DNA from: Tubiluchus corallicola
Taxonomy: Eukaryota; Animalia; Priapulida
Assembly: GCA_030141605.1 (NCBI GenBank)
Contig: JAQGDQ010000483.1
Coordinates: forward strand, 62,001-126,000
Direction of reading: 5' to 3'
Length of the DNA: 64,000 nucleotides
The notes under the pieces were generated by a model. That model saw only the letters and a program-made list of their open reading frames with translations, searched no databases and had not been told where the DNA came from. Below are positions 38,672-50,240 of this stretch, piece after piece; position 1 is the first letter of the stretch, and the number at the start of each line of letters is the position of its first letter. The translations under genes and the position numbers were made by a program.

Positions 38672-38747
38672 TTTTTCTAGTGATCTTAATTTCAATTTTA
38701 AATTTTACAACAAAAATTTAAAATTGAAATTAAGATCACTAGAAAAA
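38672..38747. repeat. Perfect inverted repeat, 35-bp arms and 6-nt spacer
   Basis: TTTTTCTAGTGATCTTAATTTCAATTTTAAATTTT-acaaca-AAAATTTAAAATTGAAATTAAGATCACTAGAAAAA. Confidence 0.95.
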
Positions 38748-39249
38748 GTGATCTTAAGGCACGTTTTATTAGAATTTTTGCAATTTTCTGAAGAAGTTTT
38801 TTGCGCTGTTCTGGTGTTAAGACCATTAGTTACAGTTTGTCAAAAATAATGAAGCAGTTCCAATTCTAAGCTGACGAAAAAGGATTAATGCCGGCATCTA
38901 TGTTCACTGAACTAAGTTCCTTTAAACCAGCCAAACATTTTGAAGCATCGTATAGACTATACGAAAGTTTAATTGTTAAAAGTCTAGGTATAAACGTGCG
39001 AATGCTAATATAAAGTTTATTACGGTGTTGTAACTAACGCGTGGCCGTATTATTAAAAAAATTTTGCGTGTTTTTCAGAAGTTTATGCAGTTTAAAAGCT
39101 CTTGTTCTGTTTGAACAGTCTATCGCTGTTTGTCGTACCTGTAATAAGTAGTTGGAAGTTTTCTTTTTATTGTTTTAAAACTATCGGTGCGACACAGTTT
39201 CCAACCGTCTTTGAAAACCGTTAAATTTTAACGACCCACGCTACGTCTT

Positions 39250-39296
39250 GACCACGTCCGACCCCCTCCCCTAATGCGTACGTTTATGAACGGTTG
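39250..39296. mobile_element. PIF/Harbinger (Tourist-like) MITE end
   Basis: GACCCCCTCCCCTAATGCGTACGTTTATGAACGG resembles the inverted GGGCCGTTCATAAAGTACGTACGC terminus. Confidence 0.4.
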
Positions 39297-40500
39297 CAAA
39301 GAAGAGCGCCTCTAAAAAAGAGGGCTGAATATGATACTGGTTTTGAAAGTTAAGAGGAAGAGTCAATAGCTAAAGAATGTGTTATGGGGAGGGATTATGT
39401 ACCGACCATTATTCTGCTGTTGACTGTTGCTGGAGCGTCAATAGAGTTTTTGCACGTGTTTTGTTTCCACTGTGGGAGGAGGAAGAGTGAAATGTTGTTG
39501 TTAACTGAGATGTAAAGGAGAAAATTCGTCAAAATTTTTCCTACTAGTGTACTGGAAACAAAACTGCATACAGTTATTCGAAAGTACTTATGTACTGTTA
39601 TGAATATAAAGAAAAATGGTTGTTAAGTGTTCGAAGCGAAATGCAGCATGTGTCAACGACGCCAGTTTTCGACGACAGGCGAAGCCATATGTTTTGTGCT
39701 TGGACTTTAGCTGTGGAAAATGTCTCCATGATCCTTCCTTAAGTAAGTAATAGCGGATGGTTCAAAAGTTACTAAAATCCTAGTTTTAATGGACGTGGAT
39801 ATAAAATAAGTTTTGATAAAAATCTGTTCCGGATAATTAAGCGAGTCCAATAATTAAGGATGACCAATAATTAAGAAATTGATATTGCGAGTGTTTTGTT
39901 GGCTCATTCAAGCAATCTCTGCGTTATTAACTAGTTCGGTAGACACTCGGAGTTTTTACGGCATAATACACCCTGAAATGAACACTTTTTTTCAGTGTGC
40001 TTTAGAGATCAAACAAAGTGTAATTCTCACCTCAAGAAAATAACGTGAACGTAGCCTTCGTTATTAAAGCACAAGAAAACACACTTCGTAAATAAAGATT
40101 AACGATTTGTCTTAAAAAAATTTTTCACCTTACATGCTGTCTTGTTGCATGCGGAGCTTGAGTTGGCAGTAACGCTGTGTAAAACCAGTAAATACAAGCT
40201 CCCGTGGTGACCGTTAGGCGCAGCCATTTCCACGGTAAGTCGCTTGAAATAAGTTTAAATAACATTGCGTATAGTTTGAAAAAATAATCAAAACATTGGT
40301 AGCACCTTTTCCACTAACTAAGCAAAAAGTGAACTAACAGACATTTACTCTGTATTGTCAGTAAGATCAATAATGTGATTTTTGGTGAGCCAGTGGTGCA
40401 TACTGGGATGGTGGTGCCGTTTTAGCAGTGGGCACGAACGTTTAAATTATTAAGAAGCGTCTTTTTCAATTACATAAGTTTTTCAAACAGGTTTGCGCAG

Positions 40501-40524
40501 TATATATATATATATATAGTCTGT

Positions 40525-40574
<50 letters not shown>
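40501..40574. repeat. Compound (TA)n-(CT)n-(TA)n microsatellite
   Basis: Directly visible. Confidence 0.97.
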
Positions 40575-40575
<1 letters not shown>

Positions 40576-41471
40576 TAAGTTTGTGTGGAAAGGTTTTTGG
40601 AACAGACTTTAAACTCCCCTTTTCTATTACACCGTGCCATGAATTCCGCAATTCACGCTTGTGTCCAGTCTGTTTGTCACGAAAAGGCTGTTTTTAACAG
40701 AGCATGTTTTAGCATTTTAAATCGCCCTTTTTTGTGTTAAGATCTAAACAAATGCGAAGAATATGCGCTAATTTGTTTAGTGAGCGATTGTGGCGCCGCC
40801 TGTGTTTGCCTTTCTATCGGATTTCAAAAATGCGCTATTTACAGAACAGAATTACGACATGTTGATAGTATTTGCTCAGATGCGTTTTCCTTGTTTTCCC
40901 TGCCTCGGTTCTTTTATCGGGAAAATGCATGCGTGTAATCCCGTAAGGGAATATTCCTAGCGGTTGAAACGAATAGACTTTTACAATAAGTTCTGTGATT
41001 ACTTAAATTTCTTCTGTGGAATTGATGTTAAATATAATTTCAGATGAAAGCCTTGCACTGACGCCTTTATCAGTATCTTTTATACTTTTTAGAAGCATCA
41101 AATCCAGGAAAAATATTATCAAGTCAAACAAGGATTATCATTAAATGTTATAGAGATTCCTGAAGCTACGTATGCGCTTAATTAAATTTTAAAGAACTAA
41201 ATGAATAAAAAATCTGTGTAGTAGCCATTGTTTTCTGTAGTTAGCTCTTGGATGAAACACGGTTTTGAATTCCCACTCATAACTCTTTTAAAAAATAAAA
41301 GCTCTTGATCTCTAGAACTACAGTGAGAATCTAAACGTGTAAACTGCCGCCAGAGCCAGTGTAATAGGCCGCCATTTGGATAGCAGTTTCGTCTTTTCAA
41401 CGTAACTATGGTTGATAAAAGATACCGTACAGTCTACGTTAAGAATCATTTTAGAAGTTAGATAAATTTTC

Positions 41472-41655
41472 GGTGACCAGCAAAGAAATCACAGGAAAAA
41501 AATCACGGAAAAGATCACAATTTTGACTAGGAAAAAGTCACATTTTGGATAGGATTGAAATTATAGAGTTAACTGTTATTTCTTTTTCCCCCTCTGACTT
41601 TTTTGTGTTATTTTTTACCTGTGATTTCACGTCTGTTATTTTTTTACCTGCATTC
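41472..41655. mobile_element. MITE, family copy 2 (Mutator/MuDR-like, tentative)
   Basis: Starts GGTGACCAGCAAAGAAATCACAGG...ATCACAATTTTGACTAGGAAAAAGTCAC as at 6899. Flanks taaattttc / cacattttc may be a decayed 9-bp target-site duplication. Confidence 0.65.
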
Positions 41656-42349
41656 ACATTTTCAGTCTAGTAGCTGTACTTGCACAGCACTTCTTACATA
41701 GGTTTGGGCACCTATTCTATGATTTTATAACAGTGGAGTTCTCTGTTTACTTGTTCTCAGTTTGCATTGCTAATTTCACTAACTCTAACTCAAAACTTCC
41801 TTGTTATTTTCACGTGTATATATCCTATAACGAATGAAGTTCTATTTTATTAATGGCTTAAAGTTTTTGTTCGTTTTCTAATCCTTCGCTAAGGCGATTT
41901 CGTAGTGTACTCTTTCTCTGTTCGCTCGAGTTTTCTTTGTAAACGTGATTAAATTATTTATAAATTTATTTTGGCTATTCAGCATTTTATGGTTTTCAAA
42001 GAGACGGAAAATAAACTGCTATTAAATTAAGTCTTTTGTGTCGGTGACCCTGTGAAGGTTAACCTTGAAATGGACAAGGAAAGTTAATAGTTTTATAGAG
42101 CTTATAATGTTTATGACTGTTTTTCTTCGAAATTAGATTTGTCCAGTTAAGAAGCGTGTTTGTTTTACGATTTTTGCATAAAACAAAACCGGGTGTATAG
42201 ACAAAGAGTTATCAAACTAGTAACTGAAAATAGACTACCAGGGTTAACCATTGTAACTATAGTAAAGAGCTGCAACTTACTTGAGTTTTCATTGTCAATT
42301 CAAACCATATTTTAATTACTGCACCAGTATGTCGAAGTCATTGTTAACT

Positions 42350-42595
42350 ATTATCCACCATCATAATCGTCATCGTCATAATCACCATCAGAGGCACTCA
42401 CAACAACAGCAGCGACAATGAAAAAAGCTGCTACAGTAGCAGCACACCTTCACCTTTGAATATCAACCTTAAATCACCATCATAATCGTTATCATCAGCT
42501 TCCTCTTTTTTCCTCTTCGTCTTCTTCTACTACTACTAATTTTTTTCTTCTCCGTTATCATCATCATCTTCATCATTACCGTGACATCGTCGTTA
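42350..42595. repeat. Degenerate trinucleotide low-complexity tract (CAT/CTT/CTA)
   Basis: catcataatcgtcatcgtcata...tcttcttctactactacta...atcatcatcatcttcatc. Confidence 0.8.
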
Positions 42596-42939
42596 ACAAA
42601 ACGGATTGCTGTTTAGAAGTCTTCTACTAAAAATAAAATTCAATTCAAATTTTTTAAGAAGTTAGAGAAATTTCAAGTCATGGTTAATGCCTCGTTGAAG
42701 TTATTCCTGGTCTTGTGGGCATGATTTTGTAGGTTTGCTACATTCACAAGGTTCATAAATCCACAAGGTCACGTAAGGACCTTTAAATTTATAACTTTCG
42801 TGTTCATTTATGCATTCGAATCACAGTCATATTAACTATATCAATTGATGTTTTATCATAACCATAATTTTTTTTTGGAAAAAACTGCAACGTAAAATTT
42901 CATGTCGTTACTGAAAGGACTTGTTGTCGGCCAGTTGGA

Positions 42940-43125
42940 CCCCCAAAGCAATCTTGTTTCGCCTTGCAAAGTTCCTCTAGGAAGCCCTGTTGTAAATAAG
43001 GGACCCATTTGTGCAGATTTGCCAGTTCATTCCATTTTATGTTATGGCTGGCGACTCGTGATTTCATCTCAAGAGGGCGTGAGATTGTCAGATTGCAGTA
43101 GGTCGTTTTTTGAAATTTGCCCCGA
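42940..43125 (-). mobile_element. Possible DNA-transposase C-terminal remnant (Sola-like)
   Basis: Minus strand ANFKKR / SHNIKWNELANLHKWVPYLQQGFLEEL resembles the I...K..DL..L...IP...H.FY..L tail of Sola-type transposases. Confidence 0.3.
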
Positions 43126-43189
43126 GGGTGAGCTGCAGCTACTGTATAAACTGCCCGCTTACTAAAAACATACCAAGCTGAGTAATGCT

Positions 43190-43700
43190 ATAACAGGTGT
43201 GTCATCCTGTTGAGGTTTTAAGCAGAGCTTTGCACAACAAGTTCGTCTCATTTCCTCATTTGCTTCTCTTCTACAGGAACTGCTCTGCGATAATTTAACA
43301 TAGTGGATACAGTGGTTTAGAGTTCAACTTTGTTTTGGGTGTAGATGTTTTAAAATTCATTGCATACTTGCCGTGAACTTTGTGTGTTTTGCAAACTTTT
43401 TTGCTGCAAATACCGTGAGCTGTTTCTGAAGTTTGTAGTCGAAAAGCCTAGAAATCTGTTGAACTCTGATCGGGACAGTGTTTGAAGTAACTCCATCGTG
43501 TTTACTGATTCGTACAGTATGACGAGTTGATATTTGCTGGCTCATTATATTACCAGATTTGGGCAGTCGTATTACATGTATATATACACCCTTCGTAGAG
43601 ATATTAGTAGCACTAACAGCTGCATGAACACGTCGTCCGCATACATGATATAATTTAGTTCATCATGTATATAACTGTGGTGACTTAAACGCGTTTTCAG
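43190..43700 (-). mobile_element. Degenerate L2/CR1-type RT fragment
   Basis: ELNYIMYADD in ORF 43572..43766, and ANEEM...AKLCL further downstream (cf. N.EL..I..W...NKL.LN). Confidence 0.55.
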
Positions 43701-44035
43701 AAAGTTTTTTAATGTAAAATATCGTCTGCGTGCATGAGATGACTTAAACATGTTTTTCGATGACATTTTTCTGGCCGGATCCGTTGAGGACCCGTTTGGG
43801 GCGTGTCTGATGAGCAGACTGCATGGGTATAGTTACCCTTGTATGACTCGTCCAAAGAGCTTTTACGAAAATGTCGATGATGACGACGATGGCGATTTTG
43901 TGCTTATTGAGTTGCCAAGTATCGATGAGGTGATTGATGACTACAACTGCTATAACGGGACGGGTATGTGGCTAATGACCTTCTTTTACTGTGCTCTGAC
44001 TTCTAAGTAACTTCTAGAGTCAGCTATCTGGGAAA

Positions 44036-44624
44036 ATTTCTGACAGCAGATATGCAACAATGGCTTCTGACGTCAGATATGAAGCACTAATTTCTGACGT
44101 CATGTATAAAGCACTGATTTCTGGCGTCAGATATGAAGCATTAATAGTGACATCAGATGTGCAGCAATGGTTTCTGACGTCAGATGTGATGCACTAATTT
44201 CTGACGTCATGTATAAGCACTAATTTCTGACGTCAGATATGAAGCACTAATTTCTAACGTCATATATGATGCATCAATTTCTGACGTCAGATATGAAGCA
44301 CTAATTTATGGCGTCAAATGTCAAATACTAATTTTTTGCGGTACATATTAAGCACTAATTTCTGATGTCATACATAAAGCACTAATTTCTTTCGTCATAT
44401 ACAAAACACTAATTACTGATGTCATACATAAAGCACTGATTTTTGGCGTCATAATTATATAAAGCACTAATTTCTGACAGCAGATATGCAACAATGACTT
44501 CTGACGTCAGATATGAAGCACTAATTTCTGATGTCATATGTGATACACTAATTTCTGACGTCATGTATAAAGCACTGATTTCTGGCGTCAGATATGAAGC
44601 ATTAATTGTGACATCAGATGTGCA
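44036..44624. repeat. 27-bp minisatellite, about 22 units, with palindromic CRE core
   Basis: Unit TTCTGACGTCAGATATGAAGCACTAAT; I count 8 perfect TGACGTCA sites. Confidence 0.97.
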
Positions 44625-46289
44625 ATTAATAAAATAATGTGCAGGAGTCTTGACGAAATAAGATGAAATTGCCTTCCTGGTTATTCTTGTTTAATACAAA
44701 CGCATGCTAGGAAACCACAGTTTGACTTGTCGATTTTTTTATTAGAAACATTATTGGGGCTTTAATTAGATACGCTGGTTAACTACCCGATTTTCGACTA
44801 CCTCAAGCGCCTTTTTCATACGTCTTACGCAAATGCTGATTGCGTGCCTATACGTAGCGTATTAAACTCTCAAGGGTGGACAAAAAGTAGTTATTTCCTA
44901 CGCTGCGGATTAACAGATTTTCCTAAACGAGCCAGCGCGTCACTTAGGTCATTGACTTCTGTTCTTTTTTTGTTTTTGTGCGTCGGATTTCCGGGTTTTA
45001 TCGATTTGTACTCGTTAGTGCAGCTGTTGTCCGGTGTGAATCAAAGTAAAAAAGGCAAAACTCGTGTTCTCACTGTTCACTACAGAAAAAAGAAAGTGTG
45101 GAGATGTTATGAAGAAAATAAGGAAAATAATTTGCTTTAAATAAATGCGAAGAGAATCTTTTATAGTGCTCACTGGCATCGTGACGTTTGCGCATGCGCC
45201 TTACGCCTGCTGATTAAAAAAACTTCAATGACTAACCCACTGAAATATTTCGTTTTACGTTGCTTTTCTCGCCTGACTGCAGTCATTATTTTCTCTGTTT
45301 ATCGAGTCATTGTTAAAAGCTAACAAAACCTTGAGTTTAACAGCTCAGCCCCGAGGGTCTTCGTACAAAAATGGCTTTTAAACCTTTTAACGTTTCTCTG
45401 TTATCTGTTGTGTTTCTAACTGATCCCTAAACTGCTTAGCAATGAGTCAAGTACTCTACCGGGCCAAGTTTGTGTGTAAACCTTTGCAGTTTATTTTTAT
45501 TTGAACGCTCTTCAAATGTTATGTGAGGAAAACGGGCTCAGTCAAGCCATTAAAATACGAATTATGGCGCGCTTTGGTGCATTTTGGTGTAAAACAATTT
45601 GGAGGGCAAATTAGGCAATGTTGTCTTACAACAGGGTAAATTATGCTCTGTCCTTAAATATTGTTTTAATTTTACTCGTAAGTGTGCCGTGCTCACATTA
45701 TATTTTGTAAGCGCCGCCTACATTCTATTCAGAAATTTCAGGAGAAGTTGTTTTGTTTAAACTTTCAGCTCGAACACTATATTAAATTGTAATATTGATA
45801 TTCATATAATACGTACTCAGAATTAAAACAATAATTGAAGCTCTGACGCAACGGATTCTGATTGGCTACGTAATCTGTCTCGTCTGAATTCAACCTAAAC
45901 GTTTTTGGAGCAACGACAACATTCTTGGAGATGGGGATTTTCAGTCTTTCAAATGAGAAAATTGTGTCATGCAGTCTTAATCTTTGACTCCATTCAACGG
46001 AAATTTGGTTTTAACATCTACTTCAAACTTCTCTGAAGTTGATGTTGGACTTTGAAGTATTTAAAAGTCTACCATCCACTTACCGGTCCACTGTAGTAGG
46101 TTCAAGTATTGTTACTTGTTCAAATAAATGTTAAAAACTGAAACCATTTTGGGGGGCGAATGGCGTGTTTAACAAGTACGTTTGCTGTATTTGATAGGTT
46201 TAAGGTGTTGATAAATGTTGATAAGTATTGATAGGTTAAGATGTTCTGGGGGTAGAAACGTCAGCTGCACAGTGAGTAGAGAAGTCAAC

Positions 46290-47130
46290 TCCAGAGTGTA
46301 TAAGGTCATTGTCATGCAGTCTGATGCAGAAAGGGATGGGTTTACTGCTACCCATGTGCATCAAGCGCAAAAAACAATCTTGATAGTTCAGCGCAAATAT
46401 TTACATTGGTTACACTTTTTGCACTTCACAAACCAGCACCAATGGCATTTGCATGACGTCATCCCTGTGTTGGTTGACGAATGATGATCCTTTAAGGTCT
46501 GATGTAGTGTCTTGCAGTAGGTCAGTGCGAGAAGGCTGCTATGGTTCTAACTGTGACGTTGTTGTACTGCAAAAGTTCATGTATGTGTAGGTTAACAGTG
46601 ATTACTAGAAAACGTTCTGAAATTGATGGGTACATATACGCTGATGACATGGTCCTGTTAGCTCTACCGGCAGCAGCAACAGACCCATCTTTGTTTCTGA
46701 ATAACTGTGATAACCCGGCTCAGTTTAACCACACTGCCCGTGAAATAACACGTACCTGATTCATTTTTATTATAGCCTGCGATTCGTACGAGCCTTAACA
46801 CGGTACTGCAAATAATCTTGTTTCGAAACGTCGAGTTTTATTAGGACTGGTTTTACCTGCTTATTACGGCGGTTTGGTGGAGGTGTCTCCTCTCGCCACT
46901 GTCTCATTTGCTTTGGTGTTGATGGTTATTATTGTTTCTTCATGTAGCTGTGTTCACCTGTCATCTACTTCCGCTGAGACAGGGGTCACAGATGTGAACT
47001 TGAGTGACGTCGGGTTGTACAAGCTGGGACACACTCGTCTAGCAAGCTGATACCATTCTTTCTCTGTTTAAGGCACAGTCTGTGGCATTTTACTTGAGCA
47101 TTGTTCCTGCACGGAGTCTGTACTTTATTC
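46290..47130 (-). mobile_element. Degenerate two-PHD-finger remnant (CR1-type LINE 5' region)
   Basis: About 47130-47010: PCRNNAQVKCHRLC / EKEWYQLARRVCPS. About 46450-46290: LVCE / CKKCNQCKY / MGSS..FC / DCMTMTL. Both frameshifted. Confidence 0.45.
46620..46740 (+). mobile_element. RT catalytic-motif fragment
   Basis: GYIYADDMVLLALP...LFLNNC (cf. YADDLVLLAPS...LQ.LLN.C). Confidence 0.65.
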
Positions 47131-49286
47131 TTGGAACTGGATCGAGTGGTGATGAATAAAACTGTTTTGTTTTAAATTTTGGCTTCGACGCTTTTGGATG
47201 CTAATTACAGTTTGAAGCTGAAAGCTAGAAATCATCCATTGGTAATGACAGATAATGGTTTTCTGGGTTCTCGTTAGTTTTGCGTAAGAGATTTGTTGTT
47301 TTCAAAGCATTTACAATTGTGAGCCACTGTGTGAAGCATATAAAGCATATAAACATATAAAGTTGGTGGAGACGTTGGCACTTTTTGTAATGGTGGTGAC
47401 TGCAAGACGGTGACAATGTGGTGTTGAAATACACGAAACCGTTTGTGGCTGATAGTTTGAGTCTTCAAAACATTGAGTCAAAACGTTTCAGTCTTCAAGC
47501 TTTTTTACCTGTACCAGTACTCTGGTTTGTTGCCTCTGACAGCAGTCAGTGACGGCATTAACGGTTCCTGTTGCTGACGGTGGTGCCAGAGAAAAAATTA
47601 TTTTTGGATACCTATTAACATCAAGTGGGCTTAGCTGGACAAGTTTCTTACATTCAAAATTCAAGCGTTCAATGCACTGCATCTGAGCGGTATTGACTAT
47701 CCTTGGTTATGGGGTAATGAATGGAACCTACGACTGCAGTAACGTAACACTTTGCTGTGGCCTGGTGAAGCTTTTTAACTACAAACCTGTATAATTCAAG
47801 CGCCATTCCTTTGTCATCTTAAGCGCTCACTTTAGCAAAGGCGCTGACATAGCTTGGTGACAATAATGACGGGCACACTAGTAAAGACGAAGCGGCGAAA
47901 GCGACCAAAATTGAAGCAGCTGATACCCATTGTATGCAATACAATATGGACGACAAGAAAGATTGTCATTGCCAGTTTTGGTAAGAAGAAATACGTAGTG
48001 AATACTGCAGATTCAATCAAAGGTATATAGTATATACTTTTACGTATTCAATCCTTGTGGTGCAATTGTACAATTGATGTTTAGTCCTTTTGATGCCATC
48101 ATCATGATATTGCGTATTGTTCCTTACCATGTATATGTGATTCTATCCGCCTATTGATTTAACATGAGAATGGAATGGGTCTTACGGGGAGTGTCTATGT
48201 AACAGAGGCAACACTTTTGAAACTGCAAATTTCAAATACTTCATGTAGAATACACTTGCATTATATTATTGCATGTGTTGGGCTATTGATCTTTCAAAAG
48301 GAACTTTGCATCTGACTCGCATTTGCATTTGAATGGCAACAGCGACGACGATGATGCTGATGACATTGATGGCAACAGCGGCGGATTGTCCCTATTATAT
48401 TTCTTATCGAAAATAATACGAAGATTAACTAAATATTTCACGATATTTAATTAAAATCTTCTAATTAGCAAAGCCATAATACTACGTGCTTCGCATTCCA
48501 CCGCTTCACGGAGAAAGCGGTTAATGATTTTCTCCTGTTCTTGTAAACTATTAACCTCCCACGTTCAAACATTCCTGCACTAAGACGCTAACTTCTACAG
48601 CTAGAGTTAAATTAATTTATGCTCCTGTTAATTACTGAAATATTCTTTTCACTGTTGTAAATTCTGTTATAGCCTTATTTGAGGGCAATGGTGTTCACTT
48701 GCAGGCGACATGTAGTATTTTATACTCAGAACTTTTGTACTTTGAAACACAAGAAAACCTTCCACTTACTCAAAGCTTTAAAAATTCGTTTTGAAATTTT
48801 GTCACTTACATACTGCGTTTTTACATACAGTGATTATACAGCAGCAACACTGTATAAAACTTGTGAGTTTAAACTCTCGCGATTACCGTTAGACGCAGCC
48901 AATTTGACCACAGGTCAAATGAAACGAGTTTAGGTAACTCGATTGACCATTTGAAACGAGCTTAGATAACGTTGTGTAAACTTTGAAAAAATAATCAGAG
49001 CATTCGTAGCGCACACGCCACTAATTGAGTAAAATTTTAAATTACTGTATCTTGTGGATAAGATTAAAAATTTGTTTTTGGTTTGTGAGTGGTGCACCCT
49101 GGAGGGTGAGTCAACTACAATTTAACAATTCGTGAAAGCGTTTTAAGGAATTAGTCATTTCTTTTCTAGTTACGTAAGTCTTTCAACCAGGTAAGCGAAA
49201 TGCTAAGTAACATAACTTTGCATGGAAAGTTTTTTAGGAAATGTTTTAACATTGCCTTTTCTTCCTCTGATTTACGCTTGCGTAGG

Positions 49287-49337
49287 TGACGTCATGTAAT
49301 GGCGACTTCGGAACTCCGGTATTGCGGGAGATTTAAA
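49287..49337 (+). promoter_or_regulatory. Promoter-like cluster: CRE, YY1-like and E2F/CHR-like motifs
   Basis: TGACGTCA, AATGGCG and GCGGGAGATTTAAA in 50 bp of locally CpG-rich sequence. Confidence 0.3.
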
Positions 49338-50167
49338 ATGAAAACAAACGAAAATTCTTTTTAGCGCGAGCGAGGCTATTTTTCCGAAACCTACTTCTGG
49401 TACCCAGAGGGGGGTGTTAAAGAAAGTGTTATTCGCAATTAACTTTATGATAGCGAATTCAACACGTCAACATATTCAGAAAGCGAAAAGACCCGTGAGT
49501 CTGACACTTAATGAAAATAGATATTGTAGTTTATTGACGAACGGCACAAAACAATATACAATGCAATGTACATAAAAAATCACACACTTGGGTATAATGG
49601 ACCACTCGTTAAGTTCCAAATGAGTGTAGGGTTTGAGCGGTCAACTTTCCTCATCGAGTAAGTTTCTCTAAGGCGCCCTTTATCGAACTTGGCCATTTAA
49701 ATCCCCCAGAATACAACAGTAATTACAGTAAAACCTATAAGGTGTGCTCTGCACGGATTACTCAAAGCTAATCATCGTGCAAAAAAGAAATAGAAAACTG
49801 TGACTACAACTGTATTTCATCCGTGGTTTGGTTACAACAGTGTGACCACTAATGGTCATCGTGGACTGTGACGGTAACGTTAGTGTGGATTGCGGGTTTA
49901 GTGTTATAATACAACATAGAAAATGGACCGTGCATCATTTTATTAATTTGTCGGTTGAATCTAGCGTTTGTTTAAATATGCAAATTCATATGTTAAAGCA
50001 GCATAATCCAGCGAATAAAACGCTTACAACGCAAACATACGCCATTACGTATAGTTTATGGTTTGCAAATATTGTTCTTATTAACAAAAATAATCTGAGA
50101 GCACGTAGCTATGTACGTTCAGGATTGCTTTGCTGTTTTTCTGAGGTTTTGTTAGCTCACTGACTTC

Positions 50168-50240
50168 GAGGGAATATGGTGAAAAGATCTGGGAAAGCGC
50201 TTATAAGTTTCTCCAATGAGTTGCGGGGTTCGAATCTGAC
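50168..50240 (+). mobile_element. Degenerate tRNA-derived SINE head
   Basis: B-box GGGTTCGAATC at about 50226-50236 with a weak upstream A-box-like TGGTGAA...TGG. Confidence 0.35.

Noticed and set aside
44036-44624. Palindromic 27-bp repeats as a CRISPR array
   Set aside because: Units are head-to-tail with no unique spacers, there are no cas genes, and the context is eukaryotic.
46390-46452. Minus-strand peptide CKCHWCWFVKCKKC resembles the Wnt C-terminus (CKFHWCCYVKCKKC, 11 of 14 identical)
   Set aside because: No upstream CCGRG motif or other Wnt exon is visible, and the flanks fit a frameshifted PHD finger beside a second PHD remnant. A BLASTX would settle it.
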